Shown here piece after piece: positions 51,857-63,036 of a stretch of 64,000 nucleotides of DNA. Under the pieces are notes generated by a model that was given only the letters and a program-made list of their open reading frames with translations, made no database searches and was not told the origin of the DNA. Origin of the DNA: Pristiophorus japonicus (taxonomy: Eukaryota); the NCBI RefSeq assembly GCF_044704955.1, contig NC_091989.1:104656001-104720000 (forward strand), read 5' to 3'. Position 1 is the first letter of the stretch. Every line of letters starts with the position of its first letter. The position numbers and the translations under genes are program-made.

Positions 51857-51993
51857 GGGAGGAGTAACTATGATTCTCTTCGAGGAGCCTAGGGTTACAA
51901 AGTAGCTGTGACCATCTTTTGAGTTCTAAATCACAGTGACTCTTACCTCCACGTGGTCCTGCTGGGCAACATTTCGATGTTGGCTAAATGACT
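51857..51993 (+). ncRNA. HDV-like self-cleaving ribozyme of R2 type, partly decayed
   Basis: P3 ACC/GGU (51945-47, 51955-57), L3 UCCACGU, P1' CCUGCU, GG (P1.1), P4 CAACAU-UUCG-AUGUUG (51967-51982), J4/2 GCUAA with putative catalytic C51984, P2' AUGACU. Confidence 0.72.
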
Positions 51994-52898
51994 GGCCGAG
52001 TAACTCAAAATAGGCAGGGTAACCATAACTGCCTCAACCTCTCAAAAAGTTACCGCAGGGCTTTTGAGTAGGTCTCAGCCAGTAAGTCTTCCGTCTTAAT
52101 GTTGGAGAGTCAAGGGTTACGAGGTAGCTGTGCCATCTTTTGAGTACTAAGTCTCAGTGAGTCATACTTGCACGCGGTCCGTCAGATTGACTGGCCGAGT
52201 AAATCAGAGTGGCTTCCCGTAGGAGGGGATAGCAAACCTAAGAAAAATGGTCCGTTTTGATTTCCGTGGTGTTCAAACTGGGATGGGGCCCAGACAAAAG
52301 CCCTGTGTCAAATTTGCTGATGGGGGTCAGACAGGGCTGACAAACCAGACTCTGCCAATTAAGACCGTGACCAGGCGAGAGTAAAGACAATTTAAATGCA
52401 ATCAACAGCAGTTAATCAACTCGGGTTACCCTAGATAGGAAGTCGCCACTATTCCAAGGGATCAGGGGCCACGAAAAGATTCTCCAAGTTGACAATGTCA
52501 AAAAGGACACTGGGGAAAAGCACTTCTGTGTTATCAAAAACTGTCCGAGATTTCAAGACCACAGCCCCAAGATGCGGGTATGGAACCAGGTCGGATTCCA
52601 CACGGAGTGTAAAAAGTTGTATTGTTTGTTATAGTAACCTGTGTCTGTTATAATAAAACTTCGTACGCATCAGTGCGACTCCGTTTCGCCTCTACCTTGG
52701 TGGTGGCTTCCATGCTTGGTGAGACCTGTGTTGTCCGCCCATATTCATTAAAGATCTACCCGGTTCTTCCTAACACCCGAGTATCCGCAGCCCTCCTTAG
52801 CCTGTGATGATTCGCTGGACTTTGCACCGTGGATAAGCCATGTAAAGACTCGAAATAGGCATTCTTTTAATGTGACCCGTCGCACAACTGTACCCAAA
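51857..52898 (+). mobile_element. Probable non-autonomous R2-derived retroelement (SIDE-like) outside rDNA
   Basis: 5' leader matches 28S rRNA upstream of the R2 site (ggagtaactatgattctctt 51861-51880, 19/20). HDV-like ribozyme core follows. 3' end AAA abuts TAGCC (52899-52903). Confidence 0.72.
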
Positions 52899-52979
52899 TA
52901 GCCTCATTGCCGTTCATCCAGGGAGGGGAAAAGAACAGATCAGCCAAAGCTCATGATTTATTTCCAGTGATACTGGAAT

Positions 52980-53066
52980 TTGTGTGTGTTTTGTGTGTGT
53001 GTTTGTGTGTGCAACCATGTATGTGTGTGCATGTGTGTATGTGAATATGTGTGCATATGGGTGTGC
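52980..53066. repeat. Imperfect (GT)n microsatellite
   Basis: Run of tgtgtg units with interruptions. Confidence 0.85.
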
Positions 53067-53433
53067 CTAGGCTGAGAACAGAAGTTGCAGTGGTCTCCAT
53101 ATCCTGAACACACTTGGAGAACGAGCAATTAACTGAGGTACCATGGGGCTTCCAACCACTGTGCAACAGTATCTCAGCAAGAGACAGTGCACCAGGAAAG
53201 GAAGAGAGAAAAGGAGAAAAATTGAGTAAAAGTAAGTTTTAAAAGTAATGTAACATCATGTCACTGAGCTCAGCAGCTGCATCTATCAGTCTAAGCCAGC
53301 TCCACCGATTTCTGCAAAATCAGCAGCACTGCACACTCTGTTTGGCATTACCCCTGTATTACAGAGCAAAATGTTAATGCAGTGTAAGCGGTGTATACAA
53401 CAATTTTACACCCTACTAAAGTGTTGCTCCTAC

Positions 53434-53730
53434 CTGCAATGCCGACCGTGTAATTGACCCAAGTTGGACCCGTGAGGGTAGGGTGAGATACCTCACAAAT
53501 ATAAACAGTCCCAATCTGAATAGGCGGTATCTCTTCCAAATAACTGAAAGCTTCATATAGTCCCTCAGTATTCAGCTCAACGAATTTTGTTACTCCAGTC
53601 GCAACTTCTTGACCATCTTTACGCCAAGCAATGGTGTGATCAGCAGGGTAGAACCCAGACGTTTTACACAAACACATTAGAGAACCATTTGCAAACAGGG
53701 TTGGAAAAATCTTCAGAGGTTCTGGAGAAG
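53434..53730 (-). CDS. Ig C1-set domain exon (SIRP/NCR3LG1/tapasin-like architecture; family unresolved)
   Basis: Acceptor ttttctatag|, donor |gtagga, 297 bp, phase 1-1. Motifs CKTSGFYP, AWRKDG, GLYEAFSYL, YICEVSHPTL; sequons NGS and NYT. Confidence 0.9.
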
Positions 53731-54017
53731 CTATAGAAAAATTAAAAAACAAATTAATTTCTTGAGTTCAATGTTGGGTAGAATATATTGATATATTCCT
53801 CTTGGTATAATTTAACAATATTGCAGTAGTGCTTTACTTATTAATATTTAACTGCTCCACAGTTCAGAGAAACTGCTTGCTGATGTGATCGTGAATTACT
53901 TTGTATTCATTTTCACAGCCTGGATGACTAGGAGAACATTCTGACATAAGCAATAAAGTAAGAGAAACTTGGTGTGTTCATAACACGCTGTCATGTAGGA
54001 ACAGTGCATATCACATG

Positions 54018-54430
54018 ACAGCACCCTCACCTCTGAGACAGAAGGTTGTGGGTTTAGGTCCCACTCCAGAGACTTGAGCACAAAGAAAATCTATTCTGAC
54101 AATCCAGTGCAGTACTGGCATCTCTCAGATGAGCTTTAAACCGAAGCCCCATTGGCCCTCGCAGATGGGCGTAAAAGATCTTATCGCACTATCTTCGAAG
54201 AAGAGCAGGGTGCCTTAGCCAATATTTATCCCTCAATCAACATCACTAAAACAAATTATCTGGTCATTATCACATTACTGTTTGTGGGAGCTTGTTGTGC
54301 GCTAATTGGCTGCCACATTTCCTACACTACAAAAGTGACTACACTTTAAAAAGTACTTCATTGATTGTAAAGCACTTTAGAATGTCCAGTGGTCATGATA
54401 GGCACTATATAAATGCCAGTCTTTCTTTCA
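54018..54430 (+). mobile_element. tRNA-derived Deu-domain SINE (SacSINE1-like)
   Basis: Deu-type core gatgagctttaaaccgaagcccc...aaaagatc...gaagaagagcagg...ccaatatttatccctcaa and L2-like tail ggcactatataaatg. Confidence 0.8.
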
Positions 54431-55413
54431 TACAAAAATGTAATTATCCAAGGGCTCATTGGGTGAAAGCGTTGTTTGTTGCTTCAATCTCTGGTCTGTC
54501 CTGGATTAATCATCTTGGGTGGCAACAATGTACTAGGGAGGGAAAATCGAATCAGCCCATTCTTCAAATTGCTACCCAGTAGCACCTGTGGAAGTGGCCA
54601 CCTGAGAACATCCAGTCAGGATATAATTGGGCTTAATTGTAACGTTCCCTCATACTCATGTCCAGACTAACATATTGGACATTTGAACACTATTGCTGTT
54701 GAACAGATAATAGAGAGAAAGCTGGATGATAATGGTAAACAATGTCATCTGCTTCTGTACAATATGTTACATTTAGTTAGTTTAAATTTGAATTAGTTGG
54801 GATCAACAAAAACTTTAAATTAGCTGGGACCCTTTTGTCCAGAATATTGTTTTAACATGAATAATAATTGTTAATTTCAACATTTGGTGCACATTGTTGC
54901 AGATAAGTTCACAGGAGAAGCCCCAGGACTAGAATCTACAGCACAGAAACATGTCATTCGGCAAAATTCAGTCTATGTTGGTGTTTATACTCCACTCCAC
55001 CCTCTTCCCACTCTAAAGACCTCCTCCCTTCCTGCTCTATATGTCTCTATTCCGACACTTTCATGTATGCATCAAGCCTCCCCTTAAATGTGTCAATGCT
55101 ATCTGCTTCAACCACTATTATTTAGCTGTTGGGATATCATGGAGGAAGAGCAATGCTGGTTGCTCTGTGTAGCGAAACTGCAAGTGCGTTCATGTAGGTC
55201 TATTTCATATAAGTGCATTACGCATTTACACATTAACCCACAGTATAACGTCAAGGCTGAAGATTGTCTTTGGTCAGAGTTCCTAGTAAAATTGTGAAGG
55301 TATCCGTTATGATTTAACTAGAATTACCAACCAGAGGAAATCTTTATGACAACATTTGCATGGTGCTACACATTCCCCCACCACACCACACCATGCATTT
55401 TGGCACTGAGCAG

Positions 55414-57716
55414 CATAAGAACATAAGAAATAGGAGCAGAAGTAGGCCATACGGCCCCTCGAGCCCGCTCTGCCATTCAATAAGATCATGGTTGATATGA
55501 TCCTGGGTTCAGCTCCACTTCCCTGCCCACTCCCATAAATCCTTTACTCCCTTATCACTCAAAAATCTGTCTATCTCCGCTTTAAATATATTCAATTACC
55601 CAGCCTCCACAATTCACTGTGACAGAGAATTCCACAGTTTTACAACCCTCTGAGAGAAGAAATTCCCCCTCATCTCAGTTTTAAATGGACGATCCCTTAT
55701 TCTAAAACTATGCCCCCTAGTTCTAGATTCCCCCATGAGTGGAAACATCCTCTCTGCAACTACCCTGTCAAGCCCCCTCATTATATTATACTCAATAAGA
55801 TCACTTCTCATTCTTCTGAAGTCCAATGAGTACAGGCCCAACCTACTCAACCTTTCTTATAAGTCAACCCCTTCATCTCAGGAATCAACTAAGTGAACCT
55901 TCTCTGAACTGTCTCCAATGCAAGAATATCCCTCCTTAAATAAGAAGACCAAAACTGTATGCAGTACTCTAGGTGTGGGCTCACCAATACCCTGTACAGT
56001 TATAGCAGGACTTCTCAGCTTATGTACTCCATCCCCCTTGCAATAAAGACCAACATTCCATTTGCCTTCCTGATTACTTGCTGTACCTGCATGCTAACTT
56101 TTTGTGTTTCATGCACAAGGACCTCCCGGTTCCTCTGTACTGCAGCATTTTGTAATTTTTCTCCATTGATATAAAAATTTGCTCTTTTGCTTTTTCTGCC
56201 AAAGTGGTTAACCTCGCACTTTCCCACATTATACTCCATCTGCCAAATTTTTGACCACTCACTTAGCCTGCCTATAATCCCTTTGCAGATTGTTTGTGTC
56301 CTCCTCACAATTTGCTATCCTATCCATCTTTGTATCATCTGCAAACTTGGCTATATTACATCGGTCCCGTCATCCAAATCATTAGTATAGATTGTAAATA
56401 GTTGAGGCCCCAGGACCGATCGCTGTGGCACCTCACTAGTTACTGTTTGCCAACTGGAAAATCACCCATTTATCCCGACTCTCTGTTTTCTGTTAGTTAG
56501 CCAATCCTCTATCCAAGCTAATATATTACTCCCAAACCCGTGAACTTTCATCTTGTACAGTCACCTTTTTAGAGGCACCTTATCGAATGCCTTCTGGAAA
56601 TCCAAATATACCACATCCACTACTTCCCCTTTATCCACCCTGCTCATTACATCCTGAAAGAACTCCAGCAAATTTGTCAAACATGATTTCCCTTTCATAA
56701 AACCATGTTCTTGACTAAATTATACTTTTCCAAATGTCCTGCTACTGCTTCCTTAATAATGGACTCCAGCATTTTCCCAATGAAAGATGTTAGGCTAATT
56801 GGTCTATAGTTTCCTGGCTTTCTGTCTGCCTCATTTTTTGCGGTTTTGCAATCCACTGGGACCTCCTCAGAATTCAGGAAATTTTGGTGGATTACAACCA
56901 ATGATTCCACTATCTCTGCAGCCACTATCTGTTTTTATATTTCTTGCTAGTTTACTTTCATAATCTATCTTCCCTCTCTTCATTATTGTTTTAGTCGTTC
57001 TTTGCTGTTTTTTTTTAAGTTTTCCAATCCTCTGGTCTCCCACTATTCTTGGTCACTTTGCATGCCATTGTTTTCAATTTGATACCATCCCTTATTTCCT
57101 TAGTTAGCCATGGGTGGTTATCCCTTCTCTTAAAGTCTTTCCTTCTCATTGGAATATATTTTTGTTGAGTGTTATGAAATATCTCCTTAAATGTCCACCA
57201 CTGCTCATCAACCGTCTTACACTTTTATCTATTTTCCCAGTCCATTTTAGGCAGCTCTGCATTCATACTTTTGTAGTCTCCTCTATTTAAGCTTAGGACA
57301 CTGGTTTGAGATCCAACTTTCTCACCCTACAACTGATTTGAAATTCAACCATGCTATGATCACTCTTTCCTAGAGGATCCTTTACTAGGAAATCATTTAT
57401 TAATCCTGTCTCATTACACAGCACCAGATCTAAGGTAACCTGCTCCCTGGTTGGTTCTGCAACATACTGTTCAAGGAAACTATCCTAGATACACTCTATA
57501 AACTCTTCCTCAAGGCTAACTTAGCCAATTTGATTTGTCCAATCAATATGAAGATTAAAATCGCCCATGATTATTGCCATTCCTTTTTTACAAGCCTCTG
57601 TTATTTTTGGATTTATATTCACTCCATCCAATAGTGTAGCTACTGTTAGGGTGCCTATGGACTGCGCCCACCAATGACTTCTTCCCCTTATTATTCCTTA
57701 TCTCCACCCAAACTGC
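55414..57716 (-). mobile_element. CR1 ORF2 copy with internal deletions
   Basis: GNYRPISLTS, WQMEYNVGKC, DFRRMRSDL; (GTTCTTAT)n tail at about 55414. Confidence 0.9.
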
Positions 57717-58628
57717 ATGCAGTATTTCACATGAAACTCAAACTGTTTTTCTAAAATGTTACCTCTTCATATTCATTTTATCTTTCAGCTTTGTATCACT
57801 TTGTGTCTTAGAGACATGCAAACGTAATTAAAATACAAAATTTTGAATCCATGTTGATTTGAACATTTTCACAAAACTGGAGGTAAGTGGCCTTAAAGCA
57901 GGACAACAGGAGGAATTTTAACTCCCTCTGCCCAAGCAGGGTTTAAAATAGAGCAGCTCTATTTACTGCCCCAATTGCTCTAAAGCACATTTAACCTTTT
58001 TGCCGGTAGGTGAGTCACCCCATAATTCAGACAGGAGCTTCAATTATAAATGGCAATTAGGATCCAATGATGTGCATAGGATCCCAATGGCATTTTAATG
58101 CATACTGAGCAGAGCACCCACCATGGGCATCCAGCTCAGCAAAACTCGCCAACGAAGAAGTATTTTAAACTTACATATGTTGGGCTAGAAAGAGCAGGAG
58201 CGCTCATCTGGACCCCACAAAGAAAGCCTTGGCCTCTGGTGCCTTAGAACCCCCACTTCCCAACTGCAGGTCCCTGCAGAATCCTTCCCCCAAACTTGCA
58301 CCAGTGACAACTGGAGGCCCCCGGGCCGCCCGATCTATGCCTGCTGGCAGCCAGGCGACTACCTCTTCACACATATTTGCTGCCTGCGGGCAGCTGGTCA
58401 GCACAGATCCGTATGAGGCTCAGCCGTTAATATCAGCCAGGCCTCCCGCAGACAATCTTGGGTAGGGAGCCTGCCAGCTTCATGCCCAGGAGTAATGCAC
58501 TTACCATTCCGCTACCTACAGCCCACAGAAGAAATGTCTCTCTCCCCTCTAGCATTTTATTTCTCCACACTGTGTATTTCATTATTTAATTTCAAAAGTT
58601 AGTCTGCAATACTTAGTTTTAAAGACTT

Positions 58629-58794
58629 GGAGTAATTTTAACTCTGAGCAATGGTATAAAATGGGCAATAATGAATTGGTCGCCCACTATAGCCCCGCCC
58701 AATATTTCATTCCATTGATTTCAAAGAAAACAAAATTGGGCTTGGTGTATAATGGGCGGCTTATTCGCTATCACCCATAGGTAAAATTACCCCC
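58629..58794. mobile_element. Short palindromic Harbinger-type MITE
   Basis: ggagtaattttaac ... gtaaaattaccccc; same family as 62923-63036. Confidence 0.65.
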
Positions 58795-58894
58795 TAGAAA
58801 CTTGTGATTTGCTCATTCATATTCAACCAATACCTAGTGTAATTAGCATCATAAATAACGTGCCTATCATTATATCAATTGCTTGCAGCAAACA

Positions 58895-59330
58895 GGGAAA
58901 TGGGTGCCATAGTGGTTTAGGCACTGGCCTTTTTCTTCCGGGATCTGGGTTCAAATCCCACCCAGATTGATGGGATAAGAATACCCTCTGACCGCCAGCT
59001 GTGAACGTCCTATGTGAAATGAACATGGAGTCCGTCGAGTTGCTAGTGGGCATGGGTTTACAACACAAAACTGTCCCTAAAGCCACACTAATTGTCACAC
59101 AGAGTGACCACATTATAGCTGCTATGAAAGATGGAAAAAAATCCACACTGTTGCAGTAGAGGAGTGCTCTTCCGAGATCAGGGCTGGAGCAGATGGTTGG
59201 AGCAGAGCAAAGAGAGATTTACTGTGCATTGGCTATGCTGTACCTGATCTGGGAGTGTTTGATGCTAACACTGGATACCGGAAATGGGAAGTGTTCCATT
59301 CACCAGCATTAACCTTGATGAGCACATTTT
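58895..59330 (+). mobile_element. LF-SINE-like element
   Basis: Blocks in the order recalled for LF-SINE: ctgggttcaaatcc, cctatgtgaaatga, gttgctagtgg, cacaaaac, cactaattg, gtagagg, atgctgtacctg. Confidence 0.7.
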
Positions 59331-59454
59331 TATTTTTTTTTTTAAATCACAAAAAGAATGCTGAGCTTTGTGATGTTATATTTTCTCAGGAGCTAAAATG
59401 CTAAAATATTTGCATCTGCATTGTTCCCATTGTCAGATGAAATTCACTTTACTG

Positions 59455-61556
59455 TCAAAGCAAAATTTGCATTTATTGAGCATCTTTCACGATGTTCCAA
59501 AGCAGCTAACAAAACCAAGTTGTCCACAGAGAGTTCCCACAAACAGTAATGAAATAAATGATCAGTTCTTGATGATGTTGGTTGAGGGATAAATTTTGGC
59601 CATGACACTGGAACAACAACCCTGCTCTTCTTCAAATAGTGCCATGGGATTTTTTACAAAGATGTTTTATAATTACATAAAGAACAAGCGGATAACTAAG
59701 AAAAGTGTAGAGCCTATTAGAGACCAAAAAGGTAACCTGTGTGTGGAGACGGAAGATGTGGGTATGGTTCTCACTGAATACTTTGCGTCTGACTTTACAA
59801 AAGAGGAGCATGATGCAGACATTGTAGTTAAGGAGAAGGCGTGTGAAATATTGGACGGATAAAAATAGTGAGAGACTAACGATTAAGGGGGTTAGCATCT
59901 TTAAAAGTAGTTAAATCACCAGGCCTGGATGAAATGTACCCCAGGCTGTTAAGAAAAGCAAGGGAGAAAATAGCTGAGGCTCTGACCATCATTTTCCAAT
60001 CCTCTCTGGGTACAGGTGTGGTGCCAGAGGACTGGGGGACTGTTAACATGGTACTGTTGTTTAAAAAGGAAGTAGGGGATAGACCGAATAACTATAGGCC
60101 AGTCAGCCTAATTTCAGTGGTGGGCTAATTATTGGAACAAATTCTGAGGGACCGTATTAATCGTCATTTAGAAAGGCACAGATTAATCAAGGATAGTTAA
60201 CATGAATTTATTAAGAGAAGATCGTGTCTGACTAACATGATTGAATTTTTTGAGGTGGTAACAAGAAGGGTCGTGAGGGTAGTGCATATGATGTAGTGTA
60301 CATGGAATTTAGCAAGACTTTTCATATGGTCCCACATGGCATACAGGTTGGAAAAATAAAAGCCCATGTGATCCAAGCAAAAGTAGCAAGTGGGATCCAA
60401 CAGTGGCTTAGTGGCAGGGAGCAAAGAGCAATAATCAACGGGTGTTTGTGACTGGAAAGTTGTTTCCGGTGGAGTTCCACAATGTTCTGTACTAGGACCC
60501 TTGCTTTTTGTGGTATACATCATTGAGACTTAAAAGTAGGGAGCATGATTAGGAAGTTGCAAATGATACAAAAATTGGCCATGTGGTTGATAGTGAAGAA
60601 GGAAGCTGTAGACGGCAAGAAGATAGCAATGGACTGGTGAGGTGGACAAAAAGTGGCAAGTGGAATTAAATCCAGGGAAGCAAGTTGGAATGGCGAACAA
60701 GACAAAGAAATACACAATAAATGGTAGGATACTGAGAAATTTAGAGGAACAGAGGGACCTTGGAGTGCATGTCCACAGATCCCTCAAGGTAGCAGGACAG
60801 ATAAATAAGGTAGTTAAGAAGGCAGACAGGATACTTTCCTTTGTTAGCCAAGTTGAGAATATGAGAGCAGGAGGGTTATGCTAGAACAGTATAAAACACT
60901 AGTTAGGCAACAGCTAGAGTACTGCGTGCAGTTTTGGTCACATTACAGGAAAGATGTGATTGCACTAGCGAGGGTACAGAAGAGATTTATGAGGATGTTG
61001 CCAGGACTGGAGTATTTTAGCTATGAGGAAAGATTAGATAGGCTGGGATTGTTTTCTTTGGAATAGAGCAGAATGAGGGGCATTTAATTGAGGTGTATAA
61101 AGTTATGAGGGGCCTTAGAGTGGATATGAAGGGCCTAGTTCCCTTAGTAAAGAGGTCAATAACCAGGGGGCATAGATTTAAAGTAATTGGGAGAAGGATT
61201 AAAGGGGAGTTGAAGAGAATTTTTTCACCCAGAGGATGGTGGGGATCTGGAACTCACTGTCTGGAAGGGTGTTACAGGCAGACACCCTCACCGCATTTAA
61301 ATAGTACTTGTGGATATGCACTCGAAATGTTGTAACCCACAAGGCTACGGACCTCTTTTTCGGCCAGCACAAACACAATGGTCCAAATGGCCTCCGGTGT
61401 CGTAAATTTCTATGATTTCACCTGAGTGGGGTGTCATGCACTTGGTTTAACGCTCTGTCTGTACAGCATTGAACTTTCAGCCTAGATTACATGCTCAAGA
61501 TCCTGGAGTGCAGCTTGAACTCACACCCAACAGTGCTACCATTGAACCAAGGCTGA
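59455..61556 (-). mobile_element. Deu-domain SINE split by CR1 59657-61417
   Basis: 3' half at 59455-59656 (ccctgctcttcttcaaatagtgccatgggat), 5' half at about 61418-61556. Confidence 0.65.
59657..61417 (+). mobile_element. CR1 ORF2 3' portion, older subfamily
   Basis: [39 protein letters not shown]. Confidence 0.88.
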
Positions 61557-62922
61557 TAAGTAAGAACATCTGCATCTAGAATTAAAGCAACTCCATGAAA
61601 CTATAATAAATTAGTCTAGAACCAGGAAATATAGATATAAGATTAAATGTGAGAAATTTGGGACAAAGGGCAGAAAAAGCATGTTTTTTGACGAAGAGGG
61701 TTGTGTGTCAGTAGAATAAATGCACTACTGGAGTTAGTGATTCAGGCAGAGACCATGTTAACTTATAATAGTTTGAATGGAGGGTGAAGGAAAGGGGATA
61801 ATGGGATAATGGCGGGTATTTGAGATAGGGACTACTACTTATGTGCAGAATTTAGAATGACACCGACTAGGTGGGCTGAATGACTTTTTCTCCGTTATGT
61901 CTGTCATTCTATGCTATAAATAATTTACTTTCAGCAATATGAAGCAATCTTTAATTAAACAATAGCTTGGTGCGATGGTTAAAGATAGGCTGCCGGGTTG
62001 AATGTTAATCTGTCAATTCTCTATATCTCAAGATATATTGAACGTTACGGTAAAAGAAGAATGCTGAGGAAAATGACTGTATAAAAGTCGTCACATTTTT
62101 TGCATTTACAACGGAGCTGTTTAACCTCGGCCAGTGACTACTTTTAAACTACATCAGCATCCCATCGAATAATGGAAATGACAAATTGGAAACGATAGCT
62201 GGAAGCTAACCAGCATATACTAAGATCATAAATGACAGGACATAGTTTGTATGACAAAATAAATCCCAGGTTATCCCCAATGTGGCCCTGATTCAAATGA
62301 CCATTAAACTCCAATTTCGCAAAATTGGACCTTGAATTTTCTTACCGAATTACAGTTGGCACCTCTGCTCGTGAGAGCTGTTCCACAGGGGCGCGTCAAG
62401 GTTGGAAACGCTAATGTGAGGTGGCTCTGTTCGGACCCGTTGAATTGTCCGTTAATAGTTTGGAAGGAGCATACATTTGAAATGAAGTTGAATGGTTATA
62501 TGTTTAACATTTAAATACCGCGTTTTCAGGTTTAGAATAATATTTCCTATTGCTTTTCAGGGATCGGAGGGTTTGTTATTTAGATTTAGGACTAATCCAA
62601 TGACTGTTTCACTTAGACCAGAAGAGTGCAAGCTGAAGCCGGCGGGCCAGATGCAGTGGACGAACCCTTACAATCCTTTCCCCTTTGAGACACTCGCCCT
62701 CTTGAAGGCCACTCCTGAATTGACGGCCGCAGCACCAGCACACCTTAAAATAGATGTTGGAACTTAATTTAGGGAGGAATTGCTCTCCTGTTTAATCCTG
62801 GAACGTGGGTGTTTGTTATTGTGATTCCTTATATGTTGCTCCAATATACAAAGTGATACAGTTAGACAGCCAATGAGTTGCAATTTGTTATAATAATTTT
62901 GCAACAATAGTTAAGGACCACT

Positions 62923-63036
62923 GGGCGTAATTTTAACTTTGTGCGATCAATGGAAATAAAATTTGAGAGAGTTGTAAAGTGAGCTGTCGATTCGCTATCA
63001 TCCCTTTAACTAATGCACAAAGTCAAAATTACCCCC
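62923..63036. mobile_element. 114-bp Harbinger-type MITE
   Basis: About 22-bp TIRs gggcgtaattttaactttgtgc and gcacaaagtcaaaattaccccc; 3-bp TSD ACT (62920-62922 and 63037-63039). Confidence 0.85.

Larger units (their letters stand above)
51765..52960 (+). repeat. Unclassified SINE-like repeat split by the R2-derived insert (host parts 51765-51852 and 52899-52960)
   Basis: Uninterrupted relative at about 24850-24960 reads gctataattgacctcagtgccc, matching the rejoined gctacaa|tagcctcattgcc. Confidence 0.55.

Noticed and set aside
51861-51880. 28S rRNA gene or pseudogene
   Set aside because: Only about 29 nt match, with no flanking rRNA sequence. Better explained as an R2-type leader.
51932-51938. 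CACAGTG as a V(D)J recombination signal near an Ig-type exon
   Set aside because: No ACAAAAACC nonamer at 12 or 23 bp and no adjacent gene segment; it lies inside the ribozyme region.
51853-52898. Solo LTR or TIR-element reading of the 1-kb insert (tttggg...cccaaa ends, internal direct repeats, AATAAA near 52652)
   Set aside because: No TG...CA termini and no clear TSD. The 6-bp inverted match is too short, whereas the 28S leader, HDV fold and TAGCC junction agree with one another.
58823-59146. ORF with hydrophobic N-terminus as the signal-peptide exon
   Set aside because: It is the antisense reading of the LF-SINE-like repeat and does not begin at an ATG.
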